NCBI GenBank assembly: GCA_002269645.1
Contig: NIVC01000711.1
Span: 1 to 33,798, forward strand
DNA from: Macrostomum lignano
Taxonomy: Eukaryota
Reading direction: 5' to 3'
DNA length: 33,798 nt
Shown here: positions 1 to 9,400 of the stretch, one piece after another
Layout: every line of letters starts with the position of its first letter
Position numbering within the stretch: position 1 is the first letter of the stretch
Program-made: the position numbers and the translations under genes
Notes under the pieces: model-generated
Told to the model about the DNA's origin: nothing
The model's input: the letters and a program-made list of their open reading frames with translations, nothing else
Database searches by the model: none

Positions 1-540
1 TGGAAGATTCTCATGGGCAGTGTGGAAGATTCTCATGGAGACCGGTTGGAGATTCCCGGATTCTCATGGGGAGACTACCAGATTCTCATGCGGAGACTCC
101 CAGATTCTCATGCGGAGACTCCCAGATTCTCATACGGAGACTCCCAGATTCTCATGCGGAGACTCCCAGATTCTCATGCGGAGACTCCCAGATTCTCATG
201 CGGAGACTCCCAGATTCTCATGCGGAGACTACCAGATTCTCATGCGGAGACTCCCAGATTCTCATGCGGAGACTCCCAGATTCTCATGCGGAGACTCCCA
301 GATTCTCATGCGGAGGCTCCCAGATTCTCATGCGGAGACTCCCAGATTCTCATGCGGAGACTCCCAGATTCTCATGCGGAGGCTCCCAGATTCTCATGCG
401 GAGACTCCCAGATTCTCATGCGGAGACTCCCAGATTCTCATGGGGAGACCGGGGCAGATTCCAAGATTCTCATGGGGAGACCGGGGCAGATTCCAAGATT
501 CTCATGGGGAGACCGGAGGGAGACTCCCTGATTCTCATTG
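1..540. repeat. 22-bp tandem minisatellite (GATTCTCATGCGGAGACTCCCA)n, intronic
   Basis: The unit is directly visible in about 20 copies. All three + frames give the same 22-aa repeat, as expected for a 22-bp unit. The array ends just before the SON acceptor at 589-590. Confidence 0.95.
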
Positions 541-590
541 GAGACGTCTCCAATGCAATCCCTAAGAGCTCATCCCTGCTGCCCTTCCAG

Positions 591-1534
591 CACCAGTTCC
601 TGAATGCGCAGCCAATCACTGGCGGCATCGGGCACCACCTGATGCAGAAGATGGGCTGGCGGACGGCCAAGGCCTCGGCAAGCGGAACGAGGGGCCCACA
701 GAGCCACTGGCCATTGACTACAAGACTGACAGGAAGGGTGAGCTGTGCGCGATTCCATCCAATCAAATTCATCCGATTCCCCACCCCGTTCCCCATCCGA
801 TTCCCCACCCGATCAACATCCGATTCCTCACCCGTTCCTCATCCGATTCCCCACCACGATCCCCATCCGATTCCCCACCCCGTTCCCCATCCGATTCCCC
901 ACCACGATCCCCATCCGATTCCCCACCCCGATCCCCATCCGATTCCCCACCCCGATCCTCATCCAATTCCCCACCCCGATCCCCATCCGATTCTCCACCC
1001 CGATCCCCATCCGATTCCCCACCCCGATCCCCATCCGATTCCCCACCCGATCCTCATCCGATTCCCCACCCGATCCCCATCCGATTCCCCATCCGATTCC
1101 CCACCCGATCCCCATCCGATCCCTCATCCCGATCCTATTCAATAATCTTAGCGATCCCTGCTCCACTAAAAACCCTTATCTGGAGTCCCCAGAGCTCGCC
1201 TAGCAACAAGAACCCCACTGCCCACCCCAGGCCTGGCCGCCATCGATGACAGGCCGGTTGCTGCAAAGCACGGAGCCGGCAGCGGCCGGAAGAAGAAATC
1301 TTCAGCGCTGCCGCCCGCCTCCGTCGTTGCTGCAAATGCGGCAGCCTCGACCGCGGCCGCTGCGGCCGCTGCCGCCGTCTCCGGGACCTCGCTGGAGCAT
1401 CTGGACGGCAAGCACCCCATCAGCGCCCTGCTGGAGGCCGCCCGCCGGCGACGACTTCCGGAGCCGCAGTTCCGGTTGGTGCACCACAGCGGCCCCGCGC
1501 ACTCGCCCTGCTTCGTGTTCTGCGTAAGTCTCTG

Positions 1535-1625
<91 letters not shown>

Positions 1626-1634
1626 ATGTCTGTA

Positions 1635-1681
<47 letters not shown>

Positions 1682-1682
1682 A

Positions 1683-1727
<45 letters not shown>

Positions 1728-1963
1728 TGTCTGTCTGTCTTAGTGTCTGTCTGTCTGTCTGTTTTTCTGTCTGTCTGTCTGTCTGTCTGTCAGTCAGTCG
1801 GTCCGTGTGCCAGTCAGCCAGACCGCCCGGCCGCCCGCAGGTGCAGATCGGCAGCACGGAGTACCAGCCCACCCGGCCCTGCAGAAACAAGAAGGACGCG
1901 AAAGCCTGCGCGGCCACCTTCGCCCTGCAGCAGCTTGGCATTGTGCCAAAGCCTGATTATTAA
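591..1963 (+). CDS. SON: SON-like protein, last three exons (G-patch + dsRBD), copy A; 5' part outside the window
   Basis: Exons are 591-737, 1231-1523 and 1841-1963, with GT-AG introns and consistent phases. They translate as [24 protein letters not shown](D)[28 protein letters not shown]..., then [51 protein letters not shown]...[18 protein letters not shown]. This matches the SON C-terminus as I recall it (DQFLRAAPVTGGMG..LMRKMGWREGEGLGK...DFKTDRKGL; GKHPVSALME). One base is missing at about 660-663. Confidence 0.88.
770..1140. repeat. ~24-bp tandem repeat (CGATCCCCATCCGATTCCCCACCC)n in a SON-A intron
   Basis: The unit is visible and gives the HPDPHPIP repeat in translation. It lies inside intron 738-1230. 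Confidence 0.93.
1530..1798. repeat. (TCTG)n microsatellite in a SON-A intron
   Basis: Directly visible; it fills intron 1524-1840. Confidence 0.97.
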
Positions 1964-2480
1964 AAGCGGCAGCCTGTATATGATACAATTATATGATAAA
2001 CCTGTAAAAACTGAAAGCATTTCAGCGTGTTAAGAATATTGCATACAGAATCCAATTGCATTTTCGCGAGTTTGTCAGTCAGAGCTCAAGTTGAAATTTA
2101 TTGCCAGTTCGTTCTGCTTGACGCCATAATAATGCTGGCAGTTCCACCGACTGCCTGCTAATTGCTCTGTAATCTTTAATTGATTTTTTGTTTAGATTAA
2201 CTAGCATCAATAATACATTTGTTCTTGAGTATTTACTGTTAATCACTGCGTTACAGTGTAGCTTTTGTACTTCATTGGACTTAAAAGAACAAAATGTACT
2301 TTTCAATGCTTTTTCTTTATTTACTGGACTGGGTCACGTGACTGCAACATAAAATTAACATAAAATTATTCAATCAAGGAGCTGGAACTTTTGCGAACAA
2401 ACTTTAAGTTTAACAGGTACTCGAAAATTTTCCACAAGAAAGCTTCCGCCAAAATCCTGCAAGCAATCCTTATAGACCCA

Positions 2481-2785
2481 TTTGTCCATCAAGATTTGTC
2501 GAGTCCCGATTTGTCCACCGAGGTTTGTCCATCAAGATTTGTCCACCGAGGTTTGTCCATCATTTGTCCATCAAGATTTGTCCACCGAGGTTTGTCCATC
2601 AAGATTTGTCCACCGAGGTTTGTCCATCAAGATTTGTCCACCGAGGTTTGTCCATCAAGATTTGTCCACCGAGGTTTGTCCATCAAGATTTGTCCATCGA
2701 GGTTTGTCCATCAAGATTTCTTCACTGAAATTTGTCTAGAGATTTGTCCACCGATATTTTTTCTCAGAGATTTGCCCACAGAGAT
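2481..2785. repeat. 28-bp tandem repeat of alternating 14-bp subunits (TTTGTCCACCGAGG / TTTGTCCATCAAGA)
   Basis: Directly visible, between SON-A and SON-B. Confidence 0.92.
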
Positions 2786-3038
2786 TTTGTCCACTAAGAT
2801 TTGTCTGAATAAAACAGATGTTACGATTTTCAAGATGTAACTTCTATTTTCCACGACTTTATTCTGCAGTGTTCAATTATGGTTTTTATTCATGTATGTT
2901 CGTTAGGCTCAGGGAATTAGTCTATGTGCTGTGCTCAATAATCTGTTTGATGAAATCCACTAAAAATTTACATGTAAGAACTTGAGTAGCCCGGCCGATT
3001 CAGGCAGCAGAGTTTTTACTTTTAGTTTTTCCTATCAG

Positions 3039-5304
3039 AGAGACTGGCTGATGCAGAAGAGCGAGCAGCCTTCGTCCGAGGCAAAGCTCCAACGAGCATT
3101 CTCTTCGCTGAGCTTGGGGCAGCAGCAGCAGCAGCAGCAGCAGCGGGCCTTCAGCTCCGGCGGCCTCTGGCCCAACAGTCAACCGGAAGTCGCTATCAGA
3201 CAGTCGCAGGCTCTGGTGGCCGCGTTTCCGGTCAGCTGCGGTGAGCTTTTGTAGCCGGGCTTGGGAGGTCACGGGTTCGAGCCCCACAGGAGCAGGCATT
3301 CATGCTGACTAACCCTGACACTTATGCTGGCTCGACCTGATATTTATGCTGGCTCACCTGACATTTATGCTGGATTCGCTGACACCTACATGTACGGTAC
3401 CTCTGGTGCACCCTGTTTGTCTGGCCATGGCACCCATAATTTTGCCTTTTCGATTGCTCAGGACGGCTGCACAAACACATCAACAGCAGCGGCGGCAAGG
3501 CGCGGCCACAGAAGCATCGCGCAGAGACGTCGGAGTCGGCCAAGACGGCCGCCGGTGGCGATGAAGGCGGCGTCTCAACTACGCGGGCACCGTCTTCACT
3601 TGCTGCAGCTTCGAGTGGGCGGACCCTGAGAATGGGAATGGCACAAACCGGACAGGCTGCAGGAAAAACCGGACAGGCTGCAGTACAGACCGGACAGGCT
3701 GAAGGAAAAACCGGACAGGCTGCAGGACATGCCGGACAGGCTGCAGTACAGACCGGACAGGCTGCAGGACAAGCCGGACAGGCTGTAGTACAGACCGGAC
3801 AGGCTGAAGGAAAAACTGGACAGGCTGCAGGACACCTCGAAAGTACAAAAAGACAGGTACAAAAGGTAAAGACTAATTTCAACAAGATCCATCACTGATA
3901 AGTTGAAAAGTTCCAAATTGGCTTAAAAAATCAGCGGTCGCTGCCCCCCCCTCAGCGCGACCCGTTTGCCAACGCCCAGCCAATCACGGCCGGGCCCGGG
4001 CTGGACCTGATTCGTCGAATGGGCTGGCGGGAGGGCCAGGGCCTCGGCAGGCAGGGTGAAGGCCGCGTCGAACCCGTGGCGGTTGCTATGCGAACCGGAC
4101 GAGCGGGTGAGTGACAGATGGTGGCCCGCTAATCCGCAAGTTGTACAACCCTATACAACTATCAATTGTGCTTAAAATGACTCAGACCTTACTTACCTAT
4201 CCTTCACTTACGTGTGCTGAGCTCAAAACTGCACTTGCACCCGACTCATCACCAACAAAGGCCTGGCCAGTGACGGTGAAAAAACAGGAATCCGACCTCG
4301 GCTGCCGCAGCCCACACCTCGGCCTTGCCCGCCGCCGTCCAGGCAGCCACCAAGGAAGAAACCCGACAGGGCGAGCGCGCAGGCCCGCATGCACCGGCTC
4401 GGCCACCTGAGCCAGAAGTACACCGGCCACTCGCCGCGCTATCGGCTTATCAGAGAGGTGGGGCCGCCAGGAGCCAAGATGTACCTCTACTCGGTGAGAC
4501 CGGCTGCGGACCCGCCTGCTACACCGCTATCTGCTAACAATGCCTCTCTACCCTCACTCTACCCCCTACTCTGCCACTATATCCCCACTCTACCCACCAC
4601 TTTTCTACTCTACGCACTACTCTGCCATTCTATCCCACTCTACCCACTACTCTGCCACTATATCCCCACTCTACCCACTACTCTGTCATTCTATCCCACT
4701 CTACCCACTACTCTACCATTCTATCCCACTCTACCCACTACTCTGCCATTCTATCCCACTCTACCCACTACTCTGCCATTCTATCCCACTCTACCCACTA
4801 CTCTACCATTCTATCCCACTCTACCCACTACTCTGCCATTCTATCCCACTCTACCCACTACTCTACCATTCTATCCCACTCTACCCACTACTCTGCCATT
4901 CTATCCCACTCTACCCACTACTCTGCCATTCTATCCCACTCTACCCACTACTCTACCATTCTATCCCACTCTACCCACTACTCTGCCATTCTATCCCACT
5001 CTACCCACTACTCTGCCATTCTATCCCACTCTACCGACTACTCTGCCTCCCTACCTACTACACAAGCGGCCTACCTACCACACAGCCACACCTGTTGGCA
5101 CTCAATCAACAGCAGCAACCTCCCCCCACGCTGCCGCAGGTCACAGCGCTGCACTGCACCTATCAGGCTGGCCAATTCCGACCAAGCCGCTGGCTGGCGA
5201 AGGCGGCAGCGGCAGAGCTGGCCCTGAGGCACCTGGACCCCGGCGACGCGGCCCCCATGCCAGCTGCGCAGCCGCGGAGCAGGCGGCAAAAGCATGGACG
5301 ATGA
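3039..5304 (+). CDS. Second, divergent SON-like G-patch + dsRBD coding unit (copy B), five exons
   Basis: Exons are 3039(ATG 3051)-3240, 3462-3865 (or 3856), 3956-4106, ~4288-4493 and 5140-5304, with compatible phases (1,0,1,0). They encode SQALVAAFPVSCGRLH (cf. SON FPVSSGSQH), the G-patch RDPFANAQPITAGPGLDLIRRMGWREGQGLGRQGEGRVEPVAVAMRTGRAG, and the dsRBD RLGHLSQKYTGHSPRYRLIREVGPPGAKMYLYS-VTALHCTYQAG...AKAAAAELALRHL. The last introns fall at the same positions as in copy A. The acceptor at 4287 is the least certain. Confidence 0.75.
3645..3835 (+). repeat. 21-bp coding tandem repeat (TGQAAGK/TGQAAVQ heptads) in a SON-B exon
   Basis: ACCGGACAGGCTGCAGGAAAA-type unit, about 9 copies, in frame with the flanking splice phases. 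Confidence 0.8.
4545..5045. repeat. 30-bp tandem minisatellite (CTATCCCACTCTACCCACTACTCTGCCATT)n in a SON-B intron
   Basis: Directly visible; inside intron 4494-5139. Confidence 0.95.
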
Positions 5305-5699
5305 GAAAGTGAAAACCGATCATCCGATTATAATAATGCATGATTAGACATAACAATCTACAGCAGGATTACAGTAACACTCAAATTAAAAATGTACCAT
5401 AATTATTAATACAAAGTATTCAGATAATAATAAATCTACGTAAACAAAATAACAATCATTATCAACATCATTAAATAATCATTGAATTTTACAATCAAGT
5501 GGTAGCGTACTCTTATATTTAGTAAACAGAGACAGATTCGCAATAAAATTAATTCCTACTGTAAAATCAGCAATTATGCCCTACAGAGAGAAAGTTGTTC
5601 AATAAAACCACGTGAAAAGAAATCTCTGTGTAAAAATGAACAAGACTTGAACTTAGCACCATGAAAGAAAAACTGTTTCAACACAGATACTTTATATCT

Positions 5700-6430
5700 A
5701 GGGGTGGTTGTGTAGAAGAGAACGAGTGTACATTGGGGTGGTTGTGCTGTAGAGAAAAAGTGTACATTGGGGTGGTTGTGCGGTAGGGAATGAGTGTACA
5801 TTGGGGTGGTTGTGCGGTAGGGAATGAGTGTACATTGAGGTGGGTGTGCGGGTAGGAAATGAGTGTACATTGGAGTGGGTGTGCGGGTAGGAAATGAGTG
5901 TACATTGGAGTGGGTGTGCGGGTAGGAAATGAGTGTACATTGGGGTGGGTGTGCGGGTAGGAAATAAGTGTACATTGGGGTGGGTGTGCGAGTAGGGAAT
6001 GAGTGTACATTGGGGTGGTTGTGCGGTAGGGAATGAGTGTACATTGGGGTGGTTGTGCGGTAGGGAATGAGTGTACATTGGGGTGGTTGTGCGGTAGGGA
6101 ATGAGTGTACATTGAGGTGGGTGTGCGGGTAGGAAATGAGTGTACATTGGAGTGGGTGTGCGGGTAGGAAATGAGTGTACATTGGAGTGGGTGTGCGGGT
6201 AGGAAATGAGTGTACATTGGGGTGGGTGTGCGGGTAGGAAATAAGTGTACATTGGGGTGGGTGTGCGAGTAGGGAATGAGTGTACATTGGGGTGGTTGTG
6301 CGGTAGGGAATGAGTGTACATTGGGGTGGTTGTGCGGGTAGGAAATGAGTGTACATTGGGGTGGGTGTGCGGGTAGGAAATGAGTGTACATTGGGGTGGG
6401 TGTGCGGGTAGGAAATGAGTGTACATTGGA
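5700..6430. repeat. 34/35-bp G-rich tandem minisatellite (GAGTGTACATTGGGGTGGTTGTGCGGTAGGGAAT)n
   Basis: About 21 copies with variants in a higher-order pattern. It lies between the convergent SON-B and OXCT1 3' ends. Confidence 0.95.
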
Positions 6431-6481
6431 GTAGCAAGACGCAAGGCGGTCAAAGCGAGAGCCGATCAGTCGGCAGCGCAC

Positions 6482-9400
6482 TCAGATCTGCCCCATCATG
6501 GTCAGCTGCTCGGACACCTGGAACTGCGCCTCCGTGCACTCCACCAGGTCCTGAACTGAAATACCTTCAGCAATCTCGGTGAGCACCAGACCCTGCTCGG
6601 GGTCCACGGTGAACACGGCCTTCTCGGTGATCAGCATGTCGACGCAGGCCTTGCCGGTGAGGGGCAGGCTGCACCTGTCCAGGATCTTCGCTTTACCGTC
6701 CTGCGGGACCAGGGTAATTCATGAGGCTCCTGCACCATGCCATTGTTCCTTCATTCCAAAGAGTGCGCGTTGCCCTTTAGAATGCAACCCCACGTCCTCC
6801 ATTCTCTGAAGCTGTAAGCCCACTTCCTGCACCCTCTGAAGCTGCAACCCCACCTTCTGCACCCCCTAAAGCTGAGTTGCACTCTGAAGCAATATCCCTG
6901 AAGCGAGCAAACGGCACAACCTTACCTTGGCGCAGTGCTCCATAGTGACCACCACTTTGGTCCCTGGCACCCCCACCAGGTCCATTGCACCGCCCATGCC
7001 TTTGACCAGCTTTCCAGGAATAATCCAGTTGGCCAGGTCGCCAGTCTTTGACACCTGCATCGCACCAAGCACCGTGACGTCGATGTGGCCGCCGCGGATC
7101 ATGGCGAAGCTGGACGCCGAGTCGAAGTAGGCAGCTCCTGGAAGCGCCGTCACCGTCTCCTTGCCAGCATTGATTAGGTCCGGGTCCACCTGCTCGGCTG
7201 TGGGATACGGGCCTAGGCCGAGGAAGCCGTTCTCCGACTGCAGATGCACCTTCATGCCAGCGGGGATGAAGCTGGCGGCCAGCATCGGGATTCCGATACC
7301 CAGGTTCACGTACATGCCGTCCTTGAACTCCAGCACTAGGCGGCGAATGATGCGCTCGCGCGATGACTCGCCGACCTCTGGGAGGATTTTGGGATTTTTA
7401 AATTGCCGTGTGTGGGCCCAGTGCCATAGACATGTGAGATACCACAGTAAGTTTATTTTCCAAATCCCTAGTGCTACATAACAGTGGCGTCGCAAGCACT
7501 CCAACAGTCTCCAAGCCATCGCGCTGTCCTTGTGACCGGAAACGGCACAAAGTCGCCGAGCAAGATCCCGAGTCAAAGTACGACGCAGGCTGTCCAAAGG
7601 CAAGGCGCTTTCCATACATCAGGAATGATTGAGCTACTAGAAGAGAGCAGCAATCTCGACCACTGGATGGGTCGCTTTGATATCGCTGCGCAGTGTTAGC
7701 TGGACTGACGCCAACAAGGCACTGTAGTAATGCTCTTGAGGATCTCTCCGCAGTTGCATGACAAGCTGGCTGATCATTTGGAACCGGAAAAACCTGGCAA
7801 GAAATCCTTTGCCCAGCTAAAAGAGGCACTGGAAGAAATAATGCAGCCAAAGACATACGTATTGGCTGAATGGTTCAAATGTCAAAATATCGGACGCGAA
7901 GCAACAGAGTAAGTTGGCGCCTTTTCCGAAAGACTGCTAAAGGGAGCGGAGAAGTGCAAGTTTTCAAACAGACGAGCGGTTAAGAGATCAGTTCATATGT
8001 GGTCTGAACAGCAAAGCGATTATCGGCAAGCTGATAACCAAGAACTATAAATAATGGACGTTCAAGCAGGCTACGAGCGAAGCCTACTGGAGACACCAAT
8101 AATGAAGGCCGCACCAAGGACTGATTCGGGTACCATCCTTAAGGTCGCTACAAAGCATTCACATGATGCGGGTAGGATACAACCGCCTAAAGAGTCAATA
8201 AGGTCTTGTCCAAAGTATGGTGGTGTGTACCAGAAAGGACAACGTCCAGCGTTTGGCAAAACGTGTAAGTGTAACGCATGCGGTAAGAATAATCACTTCG
8301 CTAAAGTTTGCCGTACAGGACGACAACAGAAGAAGCAGACAGCCGCCAGAAAGCCTTCCGTACAGCATGTGAGTGAAAGTCTGAGTACAGGGATTTTTTA
8401 CAGCAGAGGCAAGTAATTGTTGCCGTCAGCAGAGACTCAGGGATCCGATTGCAATTACAGAAAAAATACTGGAAGGACAAAAGGAGCATGCAATCCGATG
8501 TGAATTAGATACCGGAGCTGGTGTTTCAATTATGTTCGAAATGTTGTGGACTCAGTTGGACAGGCCTAGACCGAAACATCCAAGCACTAAGCTGGGTGAC
8601 TTAGTGCTTGAAATTCCACACATTCAACACATTCCAAGTACTAGGACTGTACTAATCCATCGCTGAGATCGACGGCTCGCTTTATAAGAGCTACGCTTTA
8701 TTGCGAAGAGACGTACTACGAGTATGTGTGCATCTAGAGTCGGATAGCGACGTAAAGACTATAGCGGCAGCGAGTGCATCGATGAGAGCACACCTCGAAC
8801 TGAAGCGAGATGCAACGCCGAAATATCTGAATGCCAGACCACGACCGTTCGCCTAGAGGGAAGCTGTGAAAGAAGAAATCGATCGACTGCTTCGAGAGAA
8901 CATCATCGAGCCGGTGAAATGTTCTGAATGGGCATCGCCGATTGTAACTGCATCGAAGCCTAATGGTGCGATCAGACTTCGCGTAGATTATAGGTAGACT
9001 CTCAATCTTAGAGACACATTATAGACAATGGTTGCATCTACCCGAACGACGAGAAAGTCAGTGCAATCAAGCAGATAAAGCCACCAAAAACCTTGACAGA
9101 GTTAGAGTCATTTCTGGGATTAGTGACGTTCTGTTCTCGCTTCATACCTAACTTGTCAGAAAAGACACCAAACTGGTTCAACTGAAGCAGAAACAGTCAA
9201 AATTCCACTGGGGTTTTCAGACCAAATGGAAGCTTTCAACAACATCAAGAGGTCAATCTCTAAGGACGCAGAGTTGCACGCTTACGATCCGAAACTACCG
9301 GTAGAACTGGTGGTTGACGCATCGCAGAAAGCCTTGGCAGGGGTACTGAGTCGAGATGTCGCCCCGTACTCTACATCAGTAAAGCTCCTTCCAAAGCAGA

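Noticed and set aside
1-540. CRISPR-like array or long repeat-protein ORFs (13-531, 20-565, 66-1145)
   Set aside because: Head-to-tail units with no unique spacers and no cas genes. The ORFs exist only because the unit lacks stop codons.
1420-2033. Long ORFs over the (TCTG)n tract
   Set aside because: Microsatellite translation artefacts; the real exons splice around the tract.
4389-5312. 307-aa and 254-aa ORFs spanning the 30-bp repeat
   Set aside because: The donor at 4494 and acceptor at 5139 remove the repeat and join the two halves of the dsRBD in frame.
5574-6481. Three long minus-strand ORFs
   Set aside because: All derive from the 34/35-bp minisatellite.
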